A stretch of 64,000 bases of DNA from Paraspadella gotoi (lineage: Eukaryota; Animalia; Chaetognatha), in the NCBI GenBank assembly GCA_051294375.1, contig JBJCIZ010000744.1, positions 1,664,262 to 1,728,261 on the forward strand, in the 5' to 3' direction. Position numbers and translations under genes: made by a program. The notes beneath the pieces were generated by a model. That model saw nothing but the letters and a program-made list of their open reading frames with translations, did not search any database and was not told where the DNA came from. How positions within the stretch are numbered: the first letter of the stretch is position 1; each line of letters begins with the position of its first letter. This document shows, piece after piece, positions 1 through 32,590 of this stretch.

Positions 1-1546
<1,546 letters not shown>

Positions 1547-2470
1547 AGACACGATGGAGTCGATCCCATCTTGACGTCATGTCAAAAAACACTCTGGAAT
1601 CTTTGACGAAAGGACACGAAAATGACATATATATATATATATATCGACGAATTTACGTATTAATAAAAATAAGAATATATTTGACAAAGTCGCACAAAGA
1701 AAAAACCTGGAAATGACATTCATATCGACTCATTGATGAAAACAACTTTACAAATTGATATTCGTATTTATTAGTAATAAAATATCGAATCAAAATAATC
1801 CATATATCCCATTTGTCATGACAGTTGACAATGACCTCAAACTACAAAAAATAACATTTCGACCAACTAATTGAGAAAATAAGAAAAATCACAAATGACA
1901 CTTTGACACGTGGACGAACTGACCACAACCATATCGAAATGACGACGAAAACCAGACTTCATGCATCGTTTTCCGTGCAAGACTCTTATTAATTTCAATT
2001 GCGGCGCTCGCTTAACATAAATCGCAATCACCCTGTGATATCGGTTTTTTTAGACAAAACTTTCCCGCAATTTTCATATTATTTTTTTTCCCCGCAGTTT
2101 TATATACATTATTTTTTTTTTGTTGTCAGAAAGCTTCCTTTTTATTTGTGGGGTTAAAATTAAACGCATTGCGTTCGAATTTTTCCTTTTTTAATTTTTC
2201 CGAATAAAATTCCAAAAAACAAAACAAATTCTTTTTTTTTTTTGCAAACCAAAAAAACGAAAAACATTTTTTTATGTTGAATTTTTGACTCAGTGTGAAT
2301 TTTCAACCCGATTTTTTTTTTTTTTTTGGTATTTTTTCTTGAAATTATTAAACAAAAAAAAATCTCTTCTCACATTTTACTATTCGTTATATTTGTTGAC
2401 GGAATTTCGCCTTTCTGAAAAAAAAGAGATTTTAGTTAAAAGCATTATTCAATCTCGCCAACGCCTAAGA

Positions 2471-4949
2471 ATGCCGTCGTCGACGAACTGTTTGAGCTTC
2501 GAAGGAGCCAACTTCCTGCGACAGCGCCTCGTCCTGGCGACGCTGAGCGGCCGATCGGTGAAGATCAAGCGGATTCGCCCCAAAGACGTCAGCCCAGGAA
2601 TCACGGATTACGAATCGAATTTCGTGAAGCTCTTGGACAAAATCACAAATGGATCCAGGATCGAGGTAATTGCGACTTGTTGTTGTTGTTGACGATAGCT
2701 GTTTGAGTTAGGGAAGGCATTGCTAATAGTTCACCCGCTAATAAGCATGACGCCTTCAGTCGTGTCCCGGGGGCTCATTCAGTAATACCATCAGCTCATG
2801 ACCATTACCTCCAATCAGATCCTTACTTTATTTACGATTCATCTATTTAAATCTATTTAATAACAACCCTATTCCTTCTCCCAAGGTGAACGAGACCGGC
2901 ACGGCTCTCTACTTCCAGCCCGGCCTCCTTCTCGGCGGCGAATTAACCCACGACTGCAACGTGTCTCGAGGCATCGGCTACTTTCTCGAACCGCTCGTCC
3001 AGCTCGCGCCCTTCACCAAGAACAACTTGAGAATCACGCTGAGAGGCGTCACCAACGATCAACTCGATCCCAGCGTGGATTCCATCAAAGCCTCCACTTT
3101 GCCGACATTGACCAAGTTCTTGGGTAAGTGTTTTTGGTAAGTCCGTTGGCAGGACGGCGAATGGTACAGTTTCATTTGAAGGAGCATATTGGGTCGTGAT
3201 CTTACGAGCTAATGCCCTGTTTGAGTCAGTACAGGTCGCTATCATGTAAACGGGGTAATAGGGTTAGAGCCGGATTGCTTCTTACTAGCGGGGTGTGTTT
3301 TTAACTGGTGCTTTTTAAAAAAGCCAATATAAACCGCCATTTCTCACGTATATTGATACCCGGCAATTAAGCCCTCCTGCTGAGTCCTTAGAAATCAGTA
3401 ATTATAATTTACGTATATATCGATCAAACTTAATGTCTAATCCCCCCCCCCACTCATCCCGACATCTCCCCCCCCATCCTTAGGCAGCGACGACGGTCTC
3501 GAGCTTAAAATTCTCAAACGCGGCGCTGCTCCGCTGGGCGGCGGCGAAGTCAGCTTCTCCTGTCCCTGCAAACCGAAGCTGCGTCCGATCAAGTCGCTCG
3601 ATCCGGGGAAAGTCAAGAGGATACGCGGAGTCGCTTACGCGGCTCGAGTTTCTCCGCAATTCGCCAACAGGTTCGCTGTTGTTGTTGTTTTTCATTGGTG
3701 GTCCTTGTTTTGTTCATTGGTTGTTTTTTCGGTTACTGTTGGTTTCTTTCTTTTTTTTTTTAGTATTTTAATACACTAATTACGTTTTAGTTATAATTGT
3801 GTCATTATTTTTTTTATTTTATTTATTTTGTTTTTGTATGTTGATGTGGCGACAGTGGGATCACCAGATCGCCTGTGATACTCGGTGCAGGGGCCGATCC
3901 GTGATTCCCTCATATTTTAGCCAGCAACTGGACTTTGTCTAGGGATTGAACCATGGAAGCTCGTTTGAGAATTAAGGACGGGGTGTGGCGGTTTTTAAGA
4001 CGGACCGTCACTCTTTTTAATCGTTGAGTATGCTCGGAGCCGCCAAATGATTTTGTAACTTTTTTGTGATAATATGAAATTGGTACAACCAATATAAAAA
4101 TTATCCATTCATTTAACCAATAAGCTATCTTGTCCCTGACTTTGGACAGGCTATGGTGGTTTAAGGCCTCAATCACACTTACAAGATAATAACATAGCAG
4201 GTTTCTGCAAGCTTTCAATCAAGACTCTCTCGCAGTCTTGTTTATTCACTCCCAGTGCACCTGGCTTCCCTATAAATGAAGTGGTATAATATTTCAAAGA
4301 ATGTTTCAATTGTATGAAAAGACCACTCCCTAAAGACTTAAGTATTAATTTATGATTAAATGATAATTTAAACTTATAAACCTATATTTTCTTCATCTTC
4401 ATCTACAGAATGGTGGACTCTGCTAAGTCTCTCCTCAAATGCATCCCCGACGTCTACATTTACACCGACCACGCTCGCGGAGCTCAATCAGGTCGGTCGC
4501 CCGGCTTTGGTCTATCTCTCGTCGCCGAAACGACCAACGGCGTCTTCTACTCTGCCGAGTCCGCCTCCAATCCGAAGACCGACCCCGCGGATGCAGCAGC
4601 CGCAGCAGCCGCCTCCCCGTCCGTCCCCGAGGACGTGGGTCTCGACGCAGCCTCTCGACTCCTCGACGAGATCTTCCGCGGAGGCTGCGTCGACTCCCTC
4701 AATCAATCCACGGCCTCGCTCTTCATGGCCTTGGGTCAACAGGACGTGTCCAAACTGGTCGTGGGGGAGTTGACGGACTATGCGGTTCACTTTCTAAGGA
4801 ACATGAAGACTTTTTTGGGTGTAACGTTTATGATCGAGTCGGCGGAGAAGAAGGAGGAGGAGGAGGAAGAGGAGAGGACGGGGGGAGAGAAGTTGATGTT
4901 GACTTGTTTGGGAATTGGATACAAGAATTTGAGCAAAACTCATTCGTGA
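2471..4949 (+). CDS. RCL1: RNA 3'-terminal phosphate cyclase-like protein; exons 2471-2665, 2886-3123, 3484-3670, 4409-4949
   Basis: FLRQRLVLATLSGRSVKI, LLDKITNGSRIEVNETGT, LKRGAAPLGGGEV, GKVKRIRGVAY-RVSPQ, SPGFGLSLVAET, GGCVDS and C-terminal GIGYKNLSK match the Rcl1 family. Splice phases are consistent. Confidence 0.93.
4072..4346 (-). mobile_element. Dispersed ~280-bp repeat family, copy in an RCL1 intron
   Basis: Reverse complement of the unit at 7103-7315 and 38118-38360. Confidence 0.85.
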
Positions 4950-5404
4950 TTAAGGGCGGGGGGAGTGGAAGTTGTTACCTTATTTTATATTTTTCGTTGT
5001 TGAATTTTTTTTTTTTTTTTTATAATTTTCTAGTGCGTTTCTATTTAGAATTAAACTGGAAAAAAATTATCGTTGAACTTTTTGATGAAAATCGGATGAG
5101 TCACGAAACTTTGCGGCGAAATCTTGACTTTCTTTCGTGGTGACGAGTTAGAGACTTGTGCCTTCTGCCTTATGAGAAATTTGAAACTGTATCATATATG
5201 ACATAGCGACGTCGTTTTTGTGTAATCATTAGTCTTATGAAGTATCTTTTTGACGAGGATCAAATCTAGCCAGATAAAATAATCTCGCGAAAACTTGCGC
5301 TGTATGGAAAACACCGGCTTTAAATTTGTTTATACGTATTTTATTTATTTAATTTATAATATATTAACATTTTTCTGCGTTTAACTCTCTTACGATCTCG
5401 TCAG

Positions 5405-8248
5405 GTCCCCGCGTCGGACGGGCGGTCCGACGCGGCCGTGAATGATCGCCCGACGGCCGCCGGGCAATCTGCGAGGGGCGCCGGCGGGAGGGGCGCCGGC
5501 GGGAGGGGCGCCGGCGGGAGGGGCGCCATCGGCAGAGGCGCCAGCGGCCGTGTCGCCAGAATGCGAAGGAAATCTCCGGTGAAAGTGAGAGACAGATTTG
5601 CAAAATGAGTCGCTTTCGGTCGTCCTTTGAGACCTTTTAGTTTTACGATCTAAAATTATTTTTTGAATTGCCTAAATTTTAAATCCTTCATCTGTAGATA
5701 TCTGTTGAGGTCAAGTCGGGTTCCCCCTTCGGCGATTTATACCCTTCAATGTTAAATATCTCTTCTGTCTTCAGCTAATCAATCAAAAGGCAAAGTTTCC
5801 CAAATCCTGATCCAATTTTTGAAGAAAAAAAAAAATCAGATTTAATTAATAAGTCAACTTATCTATTTATAATGAGTATCCCTTCTCTAATAAACAATAA
5901 TTAAATTTAATACATGTAAAATATATCAAACTTTCATATTCATTTTAAAATATTCTCTAATTTGGTCTAAAATATTAAAACGAGTAATCTTGCAATTTTT
6001 CATGAACCAATCACTTCCTAATCAACGACAACATACAATCAAAATCTCCAACCAGCCTTTCCCGGCCTTAAATTTCAGTCAATCGTCTTCAACCAATCAC
6101 CTTCCCCGCCCCCCAATTTCAGCCAATCGTAGAAGTGTCCGACTCGGACTCTGACAATTCCGACGTCGTCGAGGAAGACGACGACGACGACGACGACATC
6201 TTGGAGGAAGAAGAGGAAGAGGATGAGGAAGAAGTGGGAGAAGGAGAAGTAGAGACGACGACGACGACGAATCCCACGACTATTGTGATTTTGAACGCTG
6301 TGCCGGTTCAGCCGATCGTTGTCGACCGACCGATGGTCGTTAACGGAATTAACTCGCCCGCGATTGAAAGTCAGTCTCTAATCTTATGCATTTACGTATT
6401 TATCTATTTAATTATATATCTTTCTATTTCTCTTTTTATCAATGTTTCTATTCATCTATCTATTTTTGTATCCATCTTTCTATAATTCTATCTTTTTATA
6501 AATCTTTCTATCTAACTTGATAGGAGATTTCTTTCGATTTTAACATCTTATTCAATTAGTATACTGAGTAATGAGTTTATAGTATACCATACATAGCGAT
6601 TCAGTGAACGATTGTGAAAGATGTTACTAAAAATAGCAACTTTTGATTCCCCCACTCCCCCCAGGCGAATCTTCCCGCGCAATTCAATCTCTTCCGCCCG
6701 AATTCCAAGAGTTGATGTCTTCTCCTGAATTCATTTGGTGAGTAAGTCGAATAAGATGCCTCCGTCTCCTTAAATATATTTATTTATCTATTTCCCTCCC
6801 TCTTCCCTTTCCCATTTTCTCTTTCTCACTTTTTTTCTGCATCTCATTCTTCTTCATTTATCTCTCTCTTGTACGCCTCTTTTTCCTTCGAGTTATATTC
6901 AGAGTTTTGTGGTGTATCTACAAGAAATTCATAGCAATAATAATAACAATCTTTTATCAAGCATGTGACAATCTCTCAGAATAAGAAAAAAATACTTCCA
7001 TTTGTAAAGCTACAATACTACATTGAAATATATGAATATTAAGTGGAAAGCTAAATTATTATCAATCCCTATTAAAAGTATTTCTACTTCACTTCATTTC
7101 ACTCCACTTCATTGATAGGGAAGCCAGGTAATCTGGGAGTAAATAAACGGGACTGTGAGAGAGTCTTGATTGAAAGCTTGCAGGGACCTGCTATGTAATT
7201 ATCTTGTAAGAGTGATGGAGGCCTTAAACCACCAAAGCCTGTCCAAAGTCAGGGGCAAGATAGCTTATTTATTAAATGAATGGATAATTTTTATATTGGT
7301 TGTACCAATTTCATAATAAAATAATACTTTAGATCATTTCTCATATCTTTTGATAAGATTTTTATTAAACTGCTACAATATGTAAATGAGATGAAGAACT
7401 CATTTTCATTCCGCTACATAATCTAACATTCAGTCTCCAATCGCTGTCCTTGGAGGAAGTGCGGTCGCCCGACTCCACCCACCATTCCATCCTCCTCATC
7501 GTCGTATCTCGTCTCGCGCTCATCCTCGCCTCTCTCTACCCCGGCGCCAAGGAACGGGACGATGCTGAAGGTAGATATTATTATTTATTACTATTCTTTA
7601 ATGATATTATACTAATCTTAATCTTTAATCTTTTCAGCCTTGCGATTCGTCGAGTCCGTCTCGCTTCCTTGGCTCAAATTTTTCCTCCCGCGTTTGTGCA
7701 CAATTTCGTCGTCGTCTTTAACCTTACTTACTGAACCGACAACGAAGACTTGTTTGGAGTCGACTTCCGAAGCGACGACGTCGGCTTCTGACGCGCCGGT
7801 GTCGGCTTCTGATACAGCCACTTCGGCCGTAGACGCAATAACGTCGGCTTCTGACACACCATCATTGACTTCCGATGTGAAGTCGCCAGATTCTCATGCT
7901 CTCCCGTCGGCTTCTGATGCGTCGGCTTCTGAAGCGGCGACAATGACATCGGATACGATTTTGACTTTGGATGCGACTACGAGGACTTCTTACCCAACGT
8001 CCAAGGCTTCCAACGAGACGGCTTCGAGCTTGTCGGATTTAACGTCAACGAAGTCGGCATCTGTCATCCCAGCGTCCACTTCTCAAACCTCAGCAATGTT
8101 GGCTTCAAGTTCTACGATGTCAACCTCAACTTTGTCGGCCCCAACTTTGTCGGCCTCTTCCTCTGATTTTTTTGCTTTCGTCCTCGAAAAAATCAAGTAT
8201 CTTTTTCTTCAGGAGTTGAGAACAAAGAATCAAGTAGACTGTGATTGA
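5405..8248 (+). CDS. Orphan multi-exon protein with RGAGG repeats, an acidic tract and a Ser/Thr-rich tail; exons 5405-5584, 6123-6369, 6665-6737, 7434-7570, 7638-8248; start uncertain
   Basis: Five GC-rich segments join in one frame through phase-matched GT-AG introns (…SPVK|PIVEVSD…, …IE S|ESSR…, …EFI C|LQSL…, …DAE A|LRFV…). No family recognised. Confidence 0.6.
7103..7315 (+). mobile_element. Dispersed ~280-bp repeat family copy
   Basis: ccacttcattgatagggaagccagg…gaaagcttgcaggg…ggccttaaaccacc…ccaaagtcaggggcaagatagc…ggttgtaccaatttcata. Confidence 0.88.
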
Positions 8249-9066
8249 CTGACTGACTGAGTGGCATACTGACTTAGTGACTGACCTTTTGACCACCTGA
8301 CTTACTGACCGTCTAAGTTCAGGCGGGGAACAGGGCATGCTACACTTAAGTTCCTTTATTTTTTTTTCGATCGTCACTGACTTCGAAAAGTTATTGTTTA
8401 TCAACAAGTGTGTCGCTTTTTGACGTCTTCTTGTAAACCTGATATATTTTACTATCGTTTCCTATTAAGTTTTACTCAAAATGACGACTACTATGCGACG
8501 GAGTGAAATATTTTACATTGCCTCATTTAAACACTTCCGTTATCTATCATTGCTGAAAATTAATTGTTTCGCTTATTATTATTAATTGTTACTGAGAAAC
8601 TGATTTCTATCAGCTTCTTTTGCGATACATTTCGCCGCTTATTAGCTCATTTGTTTCTCATACGTTTTACGTATTATTTTTGATTTTTAATAATAAATTT
8701 GACCCTCGACATTTCTTGTTTAATTCATGTTTTGAGGAAAGAGTTGAATTTTAGCTGGAGAATTAAAAATTTTAAAGTGAAATTATTAGCCAAAAAAAAA
8801 AGTATAAAAATCTCGGAAACAACCCCGAAAATTAATAATAATTAATAATTGACAATGAATTGACATTTTTTTCTCATGAACTTCCGCGCGCTTTTTTCTT
8901 GCACTCTACGAATGTTATTTCTATTTTTATTAGGACAAAATCCAGTTATAAAAACTTTAAAACAAAAACAAACAAAAAACATAATCGTTTTCAAGAGTTC
9001 GACCCCTCAACATCCCATTGATCTCCCCCCCCTCAACACCCCATTCCATCCTCCCTCGTTTTTAAG

Positions 9067-9593
9067 ATGGTGCGACGCATCAAGAAACCTTTCCCCTTTC
9101 GAATCAATCAGGGCAGCGGGGCTGCGCCCGCCCTCATATTAAGCTTCGCTGCGGTGGCCTTCATGTGGTTAGTTGTGGTGGTTGACACATTCAGTTGGGG
9201 GCTTTCCATTTCTATCTCGATTAGAGAGGATTTTAATCCCTTATCCCTTCTCTCACCTATCTTATCATATCTTATAACTTATCTTCTTCTTTTTTGCTCA
9301 CTCTGTTTTTCTTTTTTTCTCCCTTCGTTCTCTCTCTCTCTCTCTCTCTTTGCCTGTACCTCAACTCTCTCTTTCTTCATCCCGTCAATCTTTCCACTCT
9401 CACTCATTCTCTCTTCCCCCCCCCTCTTTTCTCTTTATTTCCTCTTTCTCTCCCTCTCTGTTTTCCCTCTATCCTTTCTCTCTTTCTCCTCTCGCTCTCT
9501 CTCTTCCTTCTCAGGTCGCCATATATTTTTGCAACTAGCAACACGGCAATAGGAAGATACATACGAGAATGTAAAGGATATAAAGAGGATTGA
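9067..9593 (+). CDS. 59-aa predicted single-pass membrane microprotein; exons 9067-9167, 9515-9593
   Basis: The spliced product is MVRRIKKPFPFRINQGSGAAPALILSFAAVAFMWSPYIFATSNTAIGRYIRECKGYKED. Donor GTTAGT at 9168, a long CT tract and a CAG acceptor at 9514 give a phase 2 match. Confidence 0.55.
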
Positions 9594-9886
9594 TGGAAGC
9601 GAAGAAAGACTCGTAGTATTGCATCCCAAATCTCATTGGCAATCTCGTCGCAGTCCCGTTGCAATTGCATGATCACGCGAAAATCTTTGATTTAATTTAC
9701 TTTTTCTTGCTAACGTGACGTCATCTTTGCTATTATTTATGAAAAGATTCAAACTCGAAAACCAAACGAAGTCATCATTTCTTTGATTTTTGATTGGATA
9801 TAACTGAATGTCTACGAATTACGTTTTAGATATACAAATACCTAACTATAACGATACAGAAGTAACTTAATTTATCCGCAAAAGCA

Positions 9887-28196
<18,310 letters not shown>

Positions 28197-28585
28197 AAAA
28201 GGGGGTTCGGTCAGAGACGGAACTTATCCGACCTTCGGACTTCGGTGCAGATGCTTGGGTTCAATCGATGATGATTGCTTGGTGTGCTTGGTGTACGCCA
28301 TGGAAGAGATTGTTCATTTTCTTACCCGCTTAAAAAGTAGGAGTTGAATGTAGTCTGGTGAAGGTCCTGATTAAACTGTGATGTAACTCCCTTAAATTTC
28401 AATACTATCATCGACGACAACAACAACAACAACGACCAACGATCGACAGCAAATGTTTATGCTATAAATCGTGTTACCTGATTTTTCAAAATTTTGATAC
28501 AATTTTATTTTTATCAGCGTTAAAATGTGATAAAAATAATGACTGGAATTTGCCAGCGGTACATGAAAACGATCCCGACTACCCG

Positions 28586-28644
28586 ATGGCATTATTCGAT
28601 GCCTACTGGTTTTCTCGCCATCTGAACAAAGAGGATCGTATTTA
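28586..28644 (+). pseudogene. N-terminal fragment of the phosphotransferase family
   Basis: MALFDAYWFSRHLNKED then stop, versus FDAAWFSRHLNED in the 29337 copy. Confidence 0.6.
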
Positions 28645-29336
28645 GTCTACCAAAACTGGGGTATTTTAAAATTTAAACATTAAACTGTGATTTAATAAAA
28701 ACTATCTTTCTCCAGCTGTTAGTAGATCGCTCTCCCTTCTCATGGAAGACAAAATAGAAAAACTAACGATTAAATGCGAAATCGTCCTCTCATTCCCAAT
28801 TTCTTAGATAAAAATATACAAAACGTAAAAACTAAACAAAATCGTTTGATCTCCCTTACGCCTCAAAAAGAAAAAAAAACATTCAAAAAATTCTGTGATC
28901 CAATAAGTTCTGACGATCTCAAATGACCGTATTTTGAAATATTAGAAAAGCTCATGATTTTTATCCGAAAGATTGCTTAAACTCATAATTCAAACCCATA
29001 TATTGGAAAAAATAAATAAAGAATCTCATTGCTCATGTGTCTCCTGTGCCTTTAATATCAAGCGGCACTCGATCTTAGTTTACTTACATATTTTTTAGAA
29101 CGTGCCTTCTCTCTTCTTTTTCTCTATTTCTGAAGGAATGTCATTCCACGCCATTCGCGCCCTGAACATGATATCTTGGTCCAGAAAGGGAACGCAAAGA
29201 AGGATTTAGCTCCCCTTCCTCTTTTTATCATTATTTTCCTGCTGCTACCCCGTAAATTTATTATTTGGTCTCTCTATCCCCGATCCTATTTCCTCCCTAT
29301 TACGAGACATATCATGGCTCTTTGATAGTCCTCAAG

Positions 29337-30551
29337 ATGTGTAATTCTACTAACGATGTAGATGCTACAATAGCATCTTTTGACGCCGCCTGGTTTTCCA
29401 GACACCTAAACGAGGACATAGTATCTGTACACTGGGGCGAGGCCATTTCGACTGGCTTCATCAGCGGCGTTAAAAAAGTCAGACTCGTAACAAATTCAGG
29501 CGAATCTCACAATCTCATTCTCAAAATTTATCGCGAAGGATCTGGCGCTGATCGTAATGCCGTTCTCACTCTCGGGTGCGCCAGAGAAGCGGATTTTTAT
29601 AATTTTTTGAGCAAGGTTTCCTCAGAGAGGCATGCTGCGTTAGACGCCGTCGTTCCCCGCGTTTTCTTTGCAGAATCCGATTGGACGACGGGAAATAAAT
29701 GCATCCTCATGTCCGATTTGACCGCCGGCAATAGCGGTGTTCCCTCCACCTACTTTTTTGGACCTGGGTCTCCCTTAAATTGGAACCAAGATCTGGCAAA
29801 GTTAACAGCTTCGTTTCCCGGATTGATGCCGGAGGAGATTGCCAAAGTCAGTTTTTCTGCTCTCGCGAGGATTCACGCTCAATTTTGGGGCCATAAAGAG
29901 TTGTTGGAAATTCCATGGTTAAGTGGAAGTCAGTGGTTGAAGGGCGAAGGGAAGGATTCATGGGAAGCAATAATGAAACTATCAAAGGATGCTTTTGAAA
30001 GGCTGAAGGCCAAAGTGGAAAATGGGCTTTGTCCACACCCGATTGGGTCAATACTTTATCGCTGTATCGTCACTGTTTTTGAACAGTTGAAATGGGAAGA
30101 TTTTTGCAAGGAATGTCATTCCTTAAAGTGGACTTTAGTTCATGGGGATTTTCATGCAGGAAACATTATTTGGATGCCTGATGATCACATTAATGGAGTG
30201 AGATTTCTGGATTGGGAGTTTGTTGGAGTTGGGAGTGGCCCTCAAGAATTAGGTATGTACATCATTTGTCACCTGGATGTTCGTGAATATGGGAAGAAAA
30301 CTCATGTGAATTTGGTAAAACATTATTATGAGGAATTAACAAGAGTTAATCCAAGAATTGAGTCAGAATTTTCCTTTGATCTTTGTTGGAGAGATTTTGT
30401 CTATGGTGGGTTTAAAAGATGGTTATGGACTTTGCCAGTGATAAGCTATTGGTCGCCATCTTCGTTGCCTTTTTTTGTGCAACAAGTGGAAGGTTTTAGG
30501 AAAATGCATGGGATTTTGGAAAATAAAGTGGGGTTACCAAGATGGATTTAG
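29337..30551 (+). CDS. APH/choline-kinase/EcKinase-like phosphotransferase, copy 1 (intronless)
   Basis: LILK, GCAREADFY, LARIHA-FW, Brenner motif HGDFHAGN and metal-binding LDWE. Confidence 0.85.
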   Translation: MCNSTNDVDATIASFDAAWFSRHLNEDIVSVHWGEAISTGFISGVKKVRLVTNSGESHNLILKIYREGSGADRNAVLTLGCAREADFYNFLSKVSSERHAALDAVVPRVFFAESDWTTGNKCILMSDLTAGNSGVPSTYFFGPGSPLNWNQDLAKLTASFPGLMPEEIAKVSFSALARIHAQFWGHKELLEIPWLSGSQWLKGEGKDSWEAIMKLSKDAFERLKAKVENGLCPHPIGSILYRCIVTVFEQLKWEDFCKECHSLKWTLVHGDFHAGNIIWMPDDHINGVRFLDWEFVGVGSGPQELGMYIICHLDVREYGKKTHVNLVKHYYEELTRVNPRIESEFSFDLCWRDFVYGGFKRWLWTLPVISYWSPSSLPFFVQQVEGFRKMHGILENKVGLPRWI

Positions 30552-31049
30552 GTTTTTTTTTCTTAGTTTAATGATTTAAAAACACCGAACTAGTGGTTTT
30601 TGAAAGCACAAATATTTAATGGGTGAATGGTGTTTGAAAAAAAAAACATACAAAGCTTTAAACACTAAGTAAGAAATAATAATTTTATTTTTACAATATA
30701 AACTTGTTGATATTGTAGGCTGGAAAAAAAAACGCCTCAAAAAAGTTTTAATTAGAAAAAAGCATCTTATGGTCTGTAAGCCTATGGCAGTAAAGTTTAT
30801 GTAAAATAATATTTAATAGGGAACTGTAAAAGATTATATATTAGTAAACAATATTGTTTACAAGAAAATTGAAAGACCTTATAGTTGTCTATAGTTGTCA
30901 TCAGCTTTTACAATGAACATGCTGACTTTCTCATCAGTAAAATACATTGATTTTTTATATATTCAACTGTGTGATTTTGTTTAATCTTATCATTTTTTTA
31001 TTTGTTGAATAATTTGCATGAATGTTTTATTTTTTTATTCAAGATAATA

Positions 31050-32240
31050 ATGTACAATGCTACCAAGAATATTAATAATGCAGCAGAATTTTTTGACACT
31101 TCATGGTTTACCAACCATTTAAAAAAAGACATCATCTCTGTGCAATGGGGCGACTCTATATCAACTGGCTTCATCAGCGTAATTAAAAAAGTCAGACTTA
31201 AAACAAAGTTGGGTGAATACCATCATCTTATTCTTAAAATATTTTGCTTGGGATCTGGTGTACATCACCATGATGTTATCACCTTTGGTTGCGCCAGAGA
31301 AGCTGATTTTTATAATCTTTTTAGCAAAGTTTTGTCTCAAAGGCAGGATGCATTGGGCACTGTTGTTCCCAACGTATTTTTAGCGGAATCTGATTGGACA
31401 ACAGGAGAAAAAACTATTCTTATGTCTGACTTAACCGCCAGTGATGGTGGTGTTCTTTCCACTTACTTTTTTGGTTCTGGGTCCCCATTGAATTGGAACC
31501 AAGATCTGGAAAAGTTGACGGCTTCTTGTCCCGGCTTAATGCCGGAGGAGATTGCCAAAGTCAGTTTTTCTGCTCTCGCTAGGATTCACGCTCAATTTTG
31601 GGGCCAGTGGTTAAGTGGAAGTCAGTGGCTCAGGGGTGAAGGAAAAGATTCGTGGGAATCGACTATGCAGCTGTTGAAGGATGCATTTGAAAGTCTGAAG
31701 GCCAAGGTGGAAAATGGCGTTTGCCCCCACTCCATTCCATTGGTAATTTATCGCTGTCTCGTGAATTCCTTTGACCTGTTGAATTGGAAGGATTTTTGCA
31801 AAGAATGCGAGTCCCTTAAATGGACTTTGGTTCACGGGGATTTTCATGCAGGAAATGTAATGTGGATGCGTGATGATGTGAACAAAGTGAGATTTCTGGA
31901 TTGGGAGTTTGTTGGAGTCGGAAGTGGACCTCAAGAATTGGGTCAGTACATCATCTCTCACTTGGACGTTAGAGAATACGGGAAGAAAACTCATGAGATT
32001 TTGGTTAAACATTATTACGAGGAATTAACGAGGATTAATCCGAGGATAGAGTCTGAATTTCCCTTCGATCTTTGTTGGAAGGAGTTTGTCTACGGCGGAT
32101 TTAGGAAATGGATGTGGACTCTGCCGATGATAAGCGAATGGTCGCCGTCTTCATTACCTTACTTTGTGCGACAGGTTGAAGGTTTTAAGAAAATTCATGA
32201 GATTGAGGAAAATCAAGTGTCGTTTCCTAGATGGTTATAA
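31050..32240 (+). CDS. APH/EcKinase-like phosphotransferase, copy 2 (intronless; 7-codon in-frame deletion relative to copy 1)
   Basis: Close paralog of copy 1 with HGDFHAGN and LDWE; reads FWGQWLSG versus FWGHKELLEIPWLSG. Confidence 0.85.
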   Translation: MYNATKNINNAAEFFDTSWFTNHLKKDIISVQWGDSISTGFISVIKKVRLKTKLGEYHHLILKIFCLGSGVHHHDVITFGCAREADFYNLFSKVLSQRQDALGTVVPNVFLAESDWTTGEKTILMSDLTASDGGVLSTYFFGSGSPLNWNQDLEKLTASCPGLMPEEIAKVSFSALARIHAQFWGQWLSGSQWLRGEGKDSWESTMQLLKDAFESLKAKVENGVCPHSIPLVIYRCLVNSFDLLNWKDFCKECESLKWTLVHGDFHAGNVMWMRDDVNKVRFLDWEFVGVGSGPQELGQYIISHLDVREYGKKTHEILVKHYYEELTRINPRIESEFPFDLCWKEFVYGGFRKWMWTLPMISEWSPSSLPYFVRQVEGFKKIHEIEENQVSFPRWL

Positions 32241-32590
32241 ATGTTTATTACATTTATAGATTCGAGGTGAAGGTTGTATGAATGGATGATGGTTCATTGA
32301 AAAAATCAAAATTGATTTTGATTTAATGGGGCTGTTGACGTTCTGATGAAGTATGGGTAAATAATATTTTTAACTGATCAGTGATCAATTCAAATTGCTT
32401 TAATTCAACTGCCTTGAAAAATGATTTCACTAGATGAATTGAAATATTGCGATAAATGTAATGCACTTGTATTTACCCCAAATTAATTTTTAATCATTAA
32501 GATTTCGTAAATTTGCTCTTAATATATAAAAAAATTATTTAATGCAAATTAATGAAATTGTTATGCTTTTAACGAAAGAGACTTGATAAA

